A stretch of 63,846 bases of DNA, counting the filler, from Octopus bimaculoides (taxonomy: Eukaryota): assembly GCF_001194135.2 (NCBI RefSeq). It is 6 parts of 6 records of this genome, joined end to end, with 100 filler letters (N's around TTAATTAATTAA, not from the genome) between each part and the next. Parts side by side here need not be neighbours in the genome. Positions count along the whole stretch, not along the records: positions 12,573 to 28,854 come from NC_069000.1; positions 28,955 to 33,463 come from NC_068982.1; positions 33,564 to 61,542 come from NC_068989.1; 3 more parts are not named here. One strand, given 5' to 3'. Of this stretch, positions 26,265-40,199 are shown in pieces (position 1 is the stretch's first letter; the number at the start of each line of letters is the position of its first letter). The notes beneath the pieces were generated by a model, which worked only from the letters and a program-made list of their open reading frames with translations, did no database searches and was not told the origin of the DNA. The position numbers and the translations under genes were made by a program.

Positions 26265-27345
26265 CATATAGATATATATCCATGAATATTTCATCTGTAT
26301 GTGAATATGTTCCTTAATATGTACCTAGATATGGCTGTGTTTCCTTTTGTGTGAATATGTTTGTGAATTTGTGCGTACGTGTGTGTGTTCATGTGTGCTT
26401 GTGTGTAAATATGATTGCGTAAATTTATATGTGACTGTATATGAATATACCGTTTATGTGTGTGTACTGGTGTCTGTCCACTTTCTATATTAACATACCT
26501 TTATATATTTATATATATGGATGAAATTATTTGTCTTATCTGTATGCGGAAAGGAATAACTTTTTTTTATGTCAGTATATGCGTTGATGTCTTTCAGCGT
26601 GGTTTAGAATATTGTAAGAAAGCGCTGAATTAATTGTATTTCGTTTCAGTACATGCGCAGAAGAACGATATGTTAGAGTTGAAAATGTCTAGAGGCATAT
26701 ACGTTGTGTTGCTACTATTGTATGGGATATTAGTGTAGGAGATCAGCACAAAATATTATCGTGTCTTTCTAGTTTATTAATTCAATCTATTGATTTTACT
26801 CTTAACCGTGGATTTTATCATTTCTCCACATAATTTCTTTGGGAGATAATTTGTTTCCAGACAAACAAAATTTACACACAACTGTGTACCTAATAATTCT
26901 TTTCTCCTTCACATCATTTAATTCTCTACCCAATTCACATATTTGAGTGTGCATGTGCGTGTATATGCGTGCAAGTGTGTGTGTGTAATTATATGTGTGT
27001 ATGTATATATGTCTATATTTTTGCGAGTGCGTGTCTACATATCTGTATGCATAAATATATATATATAAAATAATATATATGTGTGTGTATGTGTGTCTGT
27101 ATGTATGTAAATGATGTGTTTATAGCGTGTAATATATACATATATGTATATGTATGTGTGTATATATGTATTTATATAGATATGTGTATATATATATATA
27201 TATATATAGATAGATATTTGTAGATATATATAGATATATATAGATGTATTTATANNNNNNNNNNNNNNNNNNNNNNNNNNNNNNNNNNNNNNNNNNNNNN
27301 NNNNNNNNNNNNNNNNNNNNNNNNNNNNNNNNNNTATATATATAT

Positions 27346-27865
27346 GAAAGGCATTTTAAATTGTTAGAACAATTCTACCAAAAATGCCTTCATCGCATTT
27401 TGAATATACTTTTACTCCAAACATAGATGCCCTTGCATCTGCAGACCCCACCTCAATTAAAGCTATGATTTTGAGGAACCAACTGACATGGTGTGGCCAT
27501 ATTGTTCGAATGGCAGATGAACGCATGCCGAAACAACTGGGTTATGGGGAGCTTGCTATCAATGTAAACGTAAAAAAAGGATTAGGGACGGCATAAGGAC
27601 TACTATGAAGTCACTTGGAATGGTTACAGAAGATATAGAAACCCTTGCTACGGATCGAGTTGGATGGCGAACAAAAGTGTCGAATGGAATGAAAGCGTTT
27701 TAAGAGGCCAGGATAACGCAAGTAAGACTCAAAAGAGATCTAAGGAAGAATGTAACGATCGAGAAGGTGATTGACAATGACCTTTTTGCGTGCACAGTCT
27801 GTGACAGATCATGCCTGTCATTTTCTGGCCTCAAATTTCATCTGCGAACGCATGGAAATCAAACC
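27346..27865 (+). mobile_element. RTE-clade LINE 3' fragment
   Basis: LEQFYQKCLHRIL..QLTWCGHIVRMADERMPKQLGYGEL..DRVGWR; terminal C2H2 finger CTVCDRSC...LKFHLRTH. Confidence 0.85.
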
Positions 27866-27904
27866 TCCAATCTATGTGGGTGTCTTTTCAGATCATAGCA
27901 GAAT

Positions 27905-28131
27905 TCTCGGGGAGATTCAGCGTGACACAGTGTGACAAGGCTGGCCCTTTCAAATACAGGTACAACAGAAAAAAAAGTAAGAGAAAATTGTGGTGAATGA
28001 GTCCAGCAGGGTTCGCCACCACCTTCTGCCGGAACCTCGTGGAGCTTTAGGTGTTTTCGCTTAATAAAGACTGACAGCGCCCGGTTTGGGAATCGAAACC
28101 GCGAGTCTGCTGCCCTAGCCACTGGGCCATT
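27905..28131 (-). mobile_element. tRNA-derived SINE family 3, 5' part
   Basis: Head TGGCCCAGTGGCTAGGGCAG...GGTTTCGATTCCC. Confidence 0.8.
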
Positions 28132-28806
28132 TATCAGTTATACATTTTGATTTTAGAGTGAAAATTTACATGACTTTAGGATGATAATTTATCAACGGTT
28201 CTATGAGGGGCTCAATGACATAAGAGGTATGCCCTCCCCAACTAATATAACCACAGTCACTAATTGCAAGCAACAAGAGCGACCAAAAATAGCAACAAAT
28301 GTTCATAACTAGTTATTGCAGACACTGGCAAGATCATACCATAGCCAACGTCCACTTACAATAAAACATCATGAATCTGTACAACAATATGAACGTTTAA
28401 CAACCGACAAACCAAGAAAGGAACCGACCGACAAACCGACTAACCAGCAAGCCAAGCAGAAACGCTTGTTCATCCAATTCAATTTAATCTAATGTAAATC
28501 TAAATCTAAGTATAAAACTAATCTAATCTAATCTACTTTATACTAAATACTGCAGCTTTATTTCTTTAACAATCACCACATCATTGGTTAAACCTAACAA
28601 AGACTGTAACACCGTCGCCAACCGTTTCTTTTCATCTCTCCAACAAAGAGAAATATGAATGCACACACACACACACACACACATACACACACACACATAC
28701 ACACACACACACATAGACACGCAAACATACACATGCATACATAAGTACATATTTGTATATGCCTAGATATAGATATATCGTCATGTATATGAACATATGT
28801 ATATGT

Positions 28807-28854
<48 letters not shown>

Positions 28855-28954
28855 NNNNNNNNNNNNNNNNNNNNNNNNNNNNNNNNNNNNNNNNNNNNTT
28901 AATTAATTAANNNNNNNNNNNNNNNNNNNNNNNNNNNNNNNNNNNNNNNNNNNN

Positions 28955-29008
<54 letters not shown>

Positions 29009-30047
29009 GTGCGTGCGTGCATATAAATCCAAAACATGGCACATAAACGCAACAGGCGACAATAAAACTTCCGGACAGATAGACGATAGGAAAACGGACA
29101 AGAAAAGCAACAGAAATTGACGCACACACAGAACTAAACTTTGATGTCAATATATATACATGTTGTTGGAGAGTAAACGTCTTATCACACAGCTACGTTA
29201 CCAATAGCATTCACATTGTAGTAGGTTGTATGAACATATATAAACCGAAGTGAACATAATCGTTGAATTCTCATTAGCTTTATTGTAGATAGATTGGAAT
29301 GATATTTTTTCAAACAATGATTGCGAGGAAAACATTTTCAGGAGATCAAACTGCTGAACAAACATAAATCCAATAGGATTTTCATTTCAGTTGTATAATG
29401 AGTTGAAAATAATCGATACTTGAGAGTATGATACATATATTAAATGAACAAAAACTCCCTCTTAAGGTGCTTAAAATCTGAAATTAAAAAGTAAGGGAGA
29501 TAACTCTAATATAATCAACTGATTGAAAGATTTTGGATAACACAGACAATGCAGCTGGAATTTGATCTGATCTTTAAAACTAACAGCTGAAAGCAGTAGT
29601 CTTGTTTTGGTCTCGTTAGATCTCACGAGTGAAGCATATTTTACTTACTTGATAAGACCGAGAATACAGAGAAATAGAGGGAATGTTGATTTTGATTTTA
29701 AAGAGAAGCGTCGTGTATACTAAAGGCATATACGGAAGATCAATAACCTATTTTAACGGAACCCTTTATACCTTTATTTTTCTAACAAGTGCTGCATCGT
29801 TAATGTTCACATATGCACACGCTTAAACACATGCAAATGCATAAATGGGTATGTGTCTGTACAAGTGTGTGTACGCGGCCTTACACTAGCACATATATAT
29901 TTTTTTTCTTTAGATATCGAATACCGTGTGAATAGATTACTAACTGTACGCAATGAAGTGTGATTTGGGAAAATTTGACAGCTATTTCCAGTTGGTCGAG
30001 TGATTCTATAATTCCCCTTTGATTCCGTAATTCTCCGTCGTTAGCTA

Positions 30048-30098
<51 letters not shown>

Positions 30099-30099
30099 A

Positions 30100-30140
<41 letters not shown>
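30048..30140. repeat. (GAT)n microsatellite
   Basis: Direct reading. Confidence 0.97.
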
Positions 30141-30288
30141 ATTTCTGTTGTGAAGCTACAGACTTTTCGTTTATGTAACCGACTAAATTCTGTCATTCCT
30201 CGGAAAGATAAGTGTAGCTATAACCTCGGCAAGATTTGAACACATGAGACAGTCATTTTACCACTTTACATTTGAGGTAATAATAATA

Positions 30289-30495
30289 ATGGTTTCAAAT
30301 TTTGGCACAAGGCCGGCAATTTCAAGGAGGGGTTATGTCAATTACATCGACCCCAGTACTTGACTGGTACTTATTTTATCAAATTCGAAAGGATGAAAGG
30401 CAAAGACTACTTCGACGGAATTTGAATTCAAAACATAAAGACGGACGAAACGCCGCTAAGCATTTTACTCGGCGTGCTAACGATTCTGCTAGCTC
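30289..30495 (-). mobile_element. SINE family 2, near full length
   Basis: Head to tail present; flanked by (AAT)n. Confidence 0.85.
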
Positions 30496-30516
30496 AATAA
30501 TAATAATAATAATAAT

Positions 30517-30573
<57 letters not shown>

Positions 30574-30789
30574 TCTTTCTTTATTCGCTAGAATGGCCGT
30601 ACAAGTATTTTGGACGATACGAAGCCAAAGGACTCTGGAGATTTTACATAAAACCGTGTATAAAATAAAAACAATAATAATTATCAAAAATTTCTAACAA
30701 GAAAATTCCTTAAAGCGGGAACCCCTTAAATAGGCAGCTAAGAAGCAACCACGCTCCCCCAAAATACAATAATAATGATGATGATGATG

Positions 30790-30814
<25 letters not shown>

Positions 30815-30820
<6 letters not shown>

Positions 30821-31080
30821 CAGAAACAATTCCTATCATAGTAGGTGCCTTAGGTATAATTAAAAAATACTCAGACAAATACATAACAAAAATACCAGGA
30901 CTTACAAATATATGTAACATACAGAAAATTGCACTACTGGGTACTGCACACATTCTACGCAAAACACTTTCAATACAGTAAACATAAAAGCACCACAGCA
31001 AACCACAGCACATACCCAAGGCGCACAGAGCTGCGCTCGGTAGTGAAGTGAAAGCACGTTATAAAAATAAAACTACTGAA
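30815..31080 (+). mobile_element. R4/Dong-like LINE 3' end (subfamily C)
   Basis: KTETIPIIVGALGIIKK...IQKIALLGTAHILRKTLSIQ* plus UTR; (AAT)n on both sides. Confidence 0.88.
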
Positions 31081-31081
31081 C

Positions 31082-31154
<73 letters not shown>

Positions 31155-31709
31155 TGCCCTGATGCAATACCAGGCAGTGGCTCTCATGACTTCTGATCTT
31201 AACTGATTGGAAGTGCTATCATGTACATGTTTTGTCTTGTTATAAAAGATGGGCCTCAGTAAATATTCTGTTCAATACCACAGATTTGCTTGTCACTTGC
31301 TTGATCTTAACCAGTTGAGCATGTTCCTTAGTGGCTGACGATATGAGCATCTCTGATCACGAGCAGAAGTAGTGGGGAAGCAGCATAGCCTTGTGTTGAG
31401 AGGAATTCGTTGGGGTTTGAATAGTTCACCTCCGGAAGCATGGGTGTTTCGTTCAACATCCTTAAACGACCCTTAATCAGAGACCTTTTGCGCGGGATGG
31501 GCTACTCAGCCAGATGAAAATTCTCAAAGGGCCTCACTTGTAAGGTCATGCGCTGTTTATCTTGATATGAGATCACCATGTCACGCACATATGGCTGTGA
31601 TGCATGTGCCTGGTGTACCCTTATCAGACAGGTAGTCATGATTGGTATATTGGGCTTCGTATATTTTTACCCGTGTCACTTTGATAGCATGCGCTGCTCT
31701 CTCACTCAA
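31155..31709 (+). mobile_element. Repeat family D, ~555-bp copy
   Basis: (AAT)n on both sides; no ORF; homologous to 4771-5265 and 35911-36510. Confidence 0.85.
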
Positions 31710-31721
31710 TAATAATAATAA

Positions 31722-31987
31722 TAATTGAAGTGAGAGATACGCATGTTGCGGGCAATGACACCGATAGTAATTAGCGCGCTTGGAAGTATCAGCACTCAAC
31801 TAACAACACCGCTCAAACTGATTGGTACAAATGTAAAGATAGAACACCTACAAGAATCTTCATTGCTTGGAACTGCAAGAGTTCTCCGCATGGTCAGTCA
31901 ACATGTGTCACCTTAGTCTGCTGGCTGTGGACAGCTGACACTTTCCCATCATAACCCAGCAAAATATGCCGAGAATTTTCATCAAAT
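31722..31987 (+). mobile_element. R4/Dong-like LINE 3' end (subfamily F)
   Basis: PIVISALGSISTQL...IEHLQESSLLGTARVLRMV, then UTR and (TAC)n(TAA)n. Confidence 0.75.
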
Positions 31988-32038
31988 ATTACTACTACTA
32001 CTACTACTACTACTACTAATAATAATAATAATAATAAT

Positions 32039-32157
32039 AAACACTTTCAATACAGTAACCATCAGAGCATCACAGCAAACCACAGCACATACCCAAGGCA
32101 CACAGAACTGCGCTCGGTAGTGAATTGAAAGCACGTTATAAAAATAAAACTACTGAA
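32039..32157 (+). mobile_element. Subfamily C 3' UTR-only insertion
   Basis: Matches 30963-31080. Confidence 0.85.
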
Positions 32158-32159
32158 TA

Positions 32160-32211
<52 letters not shown>

Positions 32212-32233
32212 TAACAATAATAATAATAATAAC

Positions 32234-32274
<41 letters not shown>

Positions 32275-32755
32275 GTAATAACGATTTCAAATTTTTGGCA
32301 CAAGGCCACTAATTTCGGGGAGGGGCTAAGTCGATTACGTGGACCCGAGTACTCTACTGCTACTTATTTTATCAACCCAATCTCAGACATTCGCAGATTG
32401 CTTGAAATTTGAAGAAAAGAGTTAACCGATGCAGTTAATTCCCGCCCTTGACTGGTTATTTAGTTTATCCACATCCGAAGAATGGAAGGTAAAGATAAGC
32501 TGGATAAGATCTGAAGGTTGATATTTAATAGAAAGCTCGAAATGGTAAGCTTTGGGGTATTTTGTTTCAATATTTTTACTGTCCGAGTTCAAAACTCGCC
32601 GAAAATGATTTAACCCTTTTTTTTTTTTTGCATTCGAGGTTGATACAAGTCAAATATCGAAATTGATTTAAATGATTTAATCGATTTAGCTACTGGAAAG
32701 ATAATAATTTNNNNNNNNNNNNNNNNNNNNNNNNNNNNNNNNNNNNNNNNNNNNN

Positions 32756-33089
32756 TCCCGGTTCATTCCCACTGCGTGGCACCTTGGGCAAGTGTCTTCT
32801 ACTATAGCCTCGGGCCGACCAAAGCCTTTTGAGTAGATTTGGTAGACGGAAGCTGAAAGAAGCCCGTCGTATATATGTATATATATATGTATGTGTGTGT
32901 ATATGTTTGTGTGTCTGTGTTTGTCTCCCCAACATCGCTTGACAACCGATGCTGGTGTGTTTATGTCCCCGTAACTTAGCGGTTCGGCAAAAAGAGACCG
33001 ATAGGATAAGTACTAGGCATCCAAAGAGCTCGACTAAAGGCGGTGCTCCAGCATGGCCGCAGTCAAATGACTGAAACAAGTAAAAGAGT
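32756..33089 (+). mobile_element. SINE family 1, near full length
   Basis: Head, internal (TG)n and tail present. Confidence 0.88.
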
Positions 33090-34633
33090 AATTTATTCTG
33101 GGAGGGTGAAATGCTTAGTCGATTTCAGCGGGATATGGAATAGAAAGAAGAGGGATACAAGTAAATAAAACGGTGCAAGACATTTAATGTGTACAGGTAA
33201 CACATTTTAGAACGAGAACAACCAGTTACATCAACCGGAGTACTTGAGTGATACTTTTATTTTATATATGGGCACCACGTGGGTTTTATTTGGTACCGCT
33301 GTAGATTGGTACCGTTGTAGAACACTACCGATTCTGATAGTCTCCAGTAAAAATAATGATAACAACAACAACAACAACAACGACAGCAACAACAATAACC
33401 CTTTCTACTATAGGCATGCAATTTTGAGAAGGTGGCGGTAGTGGTGGTGGTGGTGGTGGCGGCNNNNNNNNNNNNNNNNNNNNNNNNNNNNNNNNNNNNN
33501 NNNNNNNTTAATTAATTAANNNNNNNNNNNNNNNNNNNNNNNNNNNNNNNNNNNNNNNNNNNNTATATATATATATATGTGGTTATATGTTTCTGCGTGT
33601 GTGAGTGTGTGTCTTTGCTTATATCCCTAACTACCGATTGACGACCGGTGTTAGTTTGTTTACGTTTACATAACGGTTCAGGAAGAAACTGATAAATAAA
33701 TACCAGGTTTCAAAAAATAAGTCCTGGGTCGATTTGTCCCACTCATCCCTTTCACCGCCCATAATTATAAATATATATTTATAATTATATACTTTAAAAT
33801 TAATTTTATCGATATGACCCTTTTTTATACGCTAGCCACTGATATAATCATATTAATGATTGTATCCTCAACTTATAAGTATATAGATACACACATTTAT
33901 ATACGTGTGTATGCGTGTAAATATATATATATATATATATATGCATGTGTGTGTATGTGGCTTTCTGTTGGTCTTGCGCTTGTCCCACACCACCGTTTGA
34001 TAAACGCTTGGTTTAAACGTTCTGTGTCAATCATTTGATTTACAGCAGAGCATAAATTTATTGAGTTCTAACGATTGGTTATTGATGTCACTATGTCTAA
34101 GCGAAATCAATTTATATCTGGACTGTGCTGTCGAGAACGAAATGGCAGACGAGGGTTCATGAACTCTTTGCTGATCAACCTGCACAGTTGATTTGTTCGT
34201 GCTCTACTTTTGCTCACTCCTTCTATCAAATCAACATCATCCTGTACAGGTGCAGAGCGTGCCAAACGTCAGATGTCGAAGTAATCGCAGAGCAGCATGA
34301 AATGAAGTGGTGTGCTGAAGATAACAACGCACCACCAGGTTTGATCAGAGATATTTGTAGAAATATCCTAATATTAGGTCATTGCAAACTCAGATATATT
34401 TTTCTAACACTGGGATTGGTCTCACATATTTTGGAGAGGGTACAGTTAATTTAGTCGACCACTGTAGTAGATTGGTAGGCGGATGGTTGGTAGAATCATG
34501 TGAGCATCCGATTGAATGCTTTGTGATAATTGCACAGTTTCTTTGCGTTCAGATTTTCCGTCGAGGTCAGCTTTGCTTTCCATTATTCCGTGGCCACTAA
34601 GTAGGGTATTATTCAAGTACTAAGTTCGACTTT

Positions 34634-34673
<40 letters not shown>

Positions 34674-34914
34674 TCGTTCTTTCTTTCTTTTATTTGCCTC
34701 GCTATCTTGGAATCGGGTACACTACATTGTGAGAGGGTTGTGAGCGATTTATTGCAGTGTTCCTTTTCTTCAAGATTTAGAAAAAGGTTTGGTTCTTGGC
34801 GAGTGACCTTTAAAAGAAATAACAGATGGCGGACTTGATAAAATGGCTGTACGGTACTGTAAGAAAATAAAAGAACAAAATATAATTAATTTAGTTGTAT
34901 TTGATTTTTACATG

Positions 34915-35223
34915 TACAACATAAACTTTCCGGACATTCATCATCTGGAACCTCTTATAATCTGAACAAACTTTCAAGCAAGAGCTTCAAACTGCCGGGT
35001 CAGCCAGACTAGTTTACTATTACTTTGTAGAGACTAGGACCTAGCACACTACAGTATCAATTTTGTTTCATTTATACTAATGTACAAGTACGTGTAAATT
35101 ATTTACATAAATTTATATTCATAAAATTTTCTGAGTGCTGACCAAGGTGGCCACCACTGGTTCGGAAAAATTAATCATTCAGAAAGTCTTTTGAATCGAA
35201 GGTTCTGGAAAATTGATGTTGTA
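34915..35223. mobile_element. pogo/Tigger-like MITE
   Basis: TA-flanked imperfect TIRs: TACAACATAAACTTTCCGGAC vs revcomp TACAACATCAATTTTCCAGAA (about 17/21). Confidence 0.6.
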
Positions 35224-35825
35224 CTTATACGTTGTTTCAATAAACCCGGAAAGAATAAAAGAATTTGACTTTAAGATTCGAAATCAGAACGTAAAATTCC
35301 GTATATAAATACTGCGTATAAGTTCGCGTGAAAGATTAGCATTTCTACCAATCTAGCAAAAGCATTAGATGCTAATTACTTTTAATAATTCAGCTAATCC
35401 AGCTAATTATCGATATAGCTTTACGAACTTTATATCGCTATTTCGTATCAATTCAAACAAACGTTCTGTTAATCATAAATTACATTACGTGGTAGGAATT
35501 TTCTAATGGTAATTCATGAATATATTATAAATTATTATTGTTCTATTTATCTCAGTTAATGACTATCTGTCAAATTAATTTCCAGATTCAATTAACATTT
35601 ACATAGCATTAATATGAAATTTGAGATATCTTCTTTAATGCAATTTAAGTATTAAGATACATGTGTTTAGAGATCTGTCACCTACAAACAACCATTAATA
35701 GCTAATTGATCTGCTTATTGATCACTAAACTTCGAAAGGAAATTTCATTTAGTATACAGATACTTCTGATGAATGTAGAGTGAATATATTGTAGGTTAAA
35801 TTATGTGCAGGTTGAGTAAAGCCTG

Positions 35826-35898
<73 letters not shown>
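35826..35898. repeat. (TATC)n microsatellite
   Basis: Direct reading. Confidence 0.97.
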
Positions 35899-35910
35899 GT
35901 GTTACTATAG

Positions 35911-36508
35911 AGTGAGAGAGCAGCAAACACCATTAAACTGACACTGGGGTACAAATATACGAAGCTCAATATACCCATCATAACTGGTTGTGATACATGT
36001 TCCTGGGTACACCAGGCACGTATCACAGCCATATGTTGATCTCATATCACCATGGTGATCTCATATCAAGATATACAACGCACGACATTGCAGGTGGGGC
36101 CCAGTTAGAATTTTCTTCGGGTCGAAGTAAGCCCATCCACTCAAAATGTCCCTGAATAACGGTTGTTTAAGGATTTTGAAGGAAACGCCCATGTTTCCAG
36201 AGGTGAACTATTTAAACCCCAAAGAAATCCTATCAACACATGGCTAAAGTTCTTTCCTTCTGCTCGTGATCAGAGATGCACATATCGTCAGCCATCAAGG
36301 GACATGCTCAACTGATTAAGGTCAAGCAACTGACAAACAAACCTGTGGTACTGAGCAGAATATTTGCTACAGTCCATCTTTTATAGCAAGACAAAATTAG
36401 TACATGATAACACTCCCAATCAGTTCAGATAAGAAACCATGAGCGTCAGTGCCTGATATTGCATCGCGGCTTACTTGTGATCAGGAGGCATGAAAGCCAT
36501 GCCTGGTG

Positions 36509-36510
<2 letters not shown>
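35911..36510 (-). mobile_element. Repeat family D, longest copy
   Basis: Reverse complement of family D with extra 5' sequence; starts in a (TAA)n array. Confidence 0.85.
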
Positions 36511-36599
<89 letters not shown>

Positions 36600-36620
36600 A
36601 TTATTATTATTATTATTATT
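36511..36620. repeat. (TTA)n-(TTG)n-(TTA)n compound array
   Basis: Direct reading. Confidence 0.97.
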
Positions 36621-37990
36621 TGTTTATTTCTTTCTTTTTAATCCGCTTGTTTGTTATAATCATTTAACGAGACATACCCAGCGTCCTAGGGCCAGTTAAA
36701 GATAAGAGATTTACAGTGTGACTGAAAGCTTGGGGAGGGGAAGTGGTAGGGAAATAGCGAAATATCTTCATGTTATACAACACCGACATTTAAATTGATA
36801 GGGTTTTTCTAAGGACGTGGCCAGTACTTGTCAGCACAATCTTTTGGATTTTCTGAAATATGGTTTTCCTGGGATATTATCGAGATGTTTCTCACATCCC
36901 TTTTTATCATTCCTAAGGCACCCACAATAATAGGAACAGTTCTCGCTTTAAGATACTACATATTTTGTATTTCAATTTCCGGGTCCTTATATTTGATTAA
37001 TTTCTCAAATTCATTTACAGTTATATTTTTATCTGTGGGAACACTTATATCTATTAATCTACAAGTATTTTCTTCCCTGTCTTTAATGATTATGTCTGAT
37101 CGATTAGCCTGGATCGTTCTGCCAGTGTTAACTAGAAAATCACCGAGGATAGTGACATTTTTACCTTCAATGACTGGCTCAGGATGATGTTCATACCAGT
37201 AAGTAGGAGTGCCGATTTTGTAGTGCTTGCATATTTTCCAATGTAAATATGGTCCTACACTAACGTGGTGATTCTTGTACTCGTTTGGTTTCAGCACAGG
37301 ACATCCCGAGACGAGATGGTCTATATTTTCGTCAAAAGTGTCGCAGAATCTGCATTTAGGTTCAGAACCGTTTTGAAGAACATTAGCCTGGTAGTTTTTG
37401 TTAAGCAAGCTTTGATCTTGTGCCACCAATATGAATCTTCAGTCTCTGCTTTCAGTCCTGAGCTTTTCAACCACTGATGGTTGTTTCGTGTTGGTTGCAC
37501 ATTCTGCATTTGGTGTTAGAGCCTGTTTTACTTATTTTGCTTTGATAGTTGTTCGTAGTCAGCCTTTGGTCTTGTGCAGCGAGAATCAGTCTTTCCGTTT
37601 CAGCTTTTAGTCCAGAGCTTTTGAGCCACTGTTGGCTTTTACTTAGGTTCACTCCTCCGTGAAGCCTTGCAGGGTATTGACCATGGAGTGAATTTTCTCT
37701 CCATTGCTTCTTTAGTATGTTCTGTAATTCTGTTTCCATATTAGATTTTGTCTCTCTGACCATTTCTGCTATGTTGTCATCTGAGGTCAGTTTATATGTG
37801 TAGTTTGTTTCTGTTTTGTATTTTGTCACCTCATCTTGTTTAGAGGGAAAGCGTTTACTTTTTGTTGTGCTGCTTTATTACATGTAATAGTCTTCCACTT
37901 TTTGTTTCTCAGTACTTTCCTAGTCCATCTGTTGTTATTTTATAATAATTCTCTTATCAGGTCACGACCTCCTTTTGAGTGGGATAATAT
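36621..37990 (-). mobile_element. R4/Dong-like LINE (subfamily B), post-RT region to 3' UTR, with internal duplication
   Basis: HGQY, QWLKSSGLKAETE (twice), CRFCDTFDENIDHLVSGC, HW, ANRSDI, IDISVP, KYKDPEIEI; both ends in (TAA)n. Confidence 0.88.
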
Positions 37991-39485
37991 CATTATTGTT
38001 ATTATTATTATTTTCATTAGCATCTTCTTTCAATTTTGTTTCCATTTCTTGCTGAGTGTCATCCTGAAACCAGGACAGAGAAACGTACTGTATACTTTGG
38101 TAGGCCATTAAAATAAACACACCAGATTGTTCATTTACAAAGCCATGTGATAGAGAAAACGTGGAAGACAGAGAGAAAAACGAAAAAAATAAAATAAAAA
38201 AAGTAAACAAATATAATAGAGTGGGGGAAAAGGAAAGAAAATTCACAGCGACAAAGCTCTTCTCAATACCAGTTAAGACAATCTTTTGCACTTCTTAACG
38301 TGGATGGTAAAACAGGGATCATTCTTAAATAAACTTCACTTCCTTTTTTGATCATTCCAAGTGCTCATATCAATCAATAATCAGACTTTATTGTTGTTGT
38401 TGTTATTATTAGTATTACGTTATTGCAATTCCTTAAAGTCGATGCACTTCTGTACTCAGCTCTGACATACTGTGTTTTGTATTTTCTACTGTATTAAAAA
38501 GTACAGAATTTTTCTACTGCACCCACCAATACTCTGTTCGCCGTGAATCGTAATGCATTTTTCTGTATGCTTTGCATAATTGTAATTCCTTTACTTGTAT
38601 GTATTTACATGTTTGTAATAATGTTTGTGTTGTTTAATTGTTTGTTGTTTGCTATCATCATTTCCTGATATTTATATTTCGATGTATTCATCACATTTTT
38701 ATTTTTACATAATATTATGAAGATGTAACTGCTGAAAGTTGTTGGTTTTTCCTTTTTAAACTCCGATTTTACTTTAGATAAGGTAAAATCAACGGTGAAT
38801 AATTTGAAAGTTTAGAATTTCTAACTTTAGATAGCTGGCAGGTATAAGTGACACCTTATATCAGTTATCATCTAATATATGAATTGTTTTTAAAATTTAT
38901 AAGAGTCAAAACAACGTTGAATCTAAAGTTTTCCTTTAATATAATTTTTAAACTTTTTGATATTTTCTCGAAGAAGCTTAGGCATTTTGAACTCGTTGAA
39001 GAATTAACAAATATATCTTATTCTTTAACCTGAGAATTTAGCCCAAAGATGTAACTTATATCTGGAGCAGTACAATAAAATAAAGATATAAAAACAATTT
39101 ATATGTGATGTTTTCCAAATGCAGATTCTTGTTAAAATTCCTTACATTGAATAGAACATAATTCTCCGAAGGTAAACTCGAATAATGCAGTATATTGTCA
39201 AACACGATTCAAAGAGTTTTCATTCATTTTTTGTTTCACACACTGCATTGACGCCTTTTATATTCATGCAATTTTCTGTCACTTATGCTGAGGAAAAGGA
39301 AAATGTCTTTATTTTCAAATGAATCTACCTCCTGGTGCAACAAGCGTGGGATATTGAAACACTGTTTGTATGAGGTTTGTAAAATGCTTGATGTGAAATC
39401 ATGCAGTGGAAAAGATTTTGTATCTTGGGAGGATAATTATGGCAATAAGAAACACACGCGCTGCGCGCTAGTTCTGTTTCACTTA

Positions 39486-39517
39486 TATTATTATTATTAT
39501 CATCATAATTATAATTA

Positions 39518-39608
<91 letters not shown>
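39486..39608. repeat. (TTA)n array
   Basis: Direct reading. Confidence 0.97.
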
Positions 39609-39612
<4 letters not shown>

Positions 39613-39850
39613 TAGTCTTACTTTTATGACATGCTTTCACTACTCGACCGAGCGTAGCTGTTTGCCTGGGGTATGTGCTGTGGTTTGTTGTGGTGCTCTT
39701 ATTTTTACTGTATTGAAAGTGTTTTACGTAGGATGTGTGCAGTGCCTAGTAGTGCTATTTTCTATATGTTATATATACTTGTTAGACCTGGTGTTTTTGT
39801 TATGTATTTGTCTGAATAATTTTTTATCTTATCTAATACGCCTACTATAA
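39609..39850 (-). mobile_element. R4/Dong-like LINE 3' end (subfamily C)
   Basis: Reverse complement of 30830-31080. Confidence 0.85.
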
Positions 39851-40199
39851 TAGGAATTATTTCTGTCTTTAGGCTCCGCATTCGAGTTACTTCTATTTCC
39901 AGATCTTTGTATTTTGAAAATAAAACAATATATCAAAATAGGCTTAGCCTACAAAAATCAGCTGCAGAGTAATTTAAATATAATTTTAAATATTTGAATT
40001 AGAATCGATAACTAATTAATTGGTAAAGAGTTATTGACTGCCTTACATTTAATTATCATCTCAAAAATAATATTCATAATTCGAAAATGAAAAAAAAACA
40101 TATTCTAGTAATAAATAAGCTAGTTTGGTTTCAGTAATGATTCGACTTGTTTTGTATACCAAACATGTACAAACATATATATGTATGTTTGTCTGTCAG

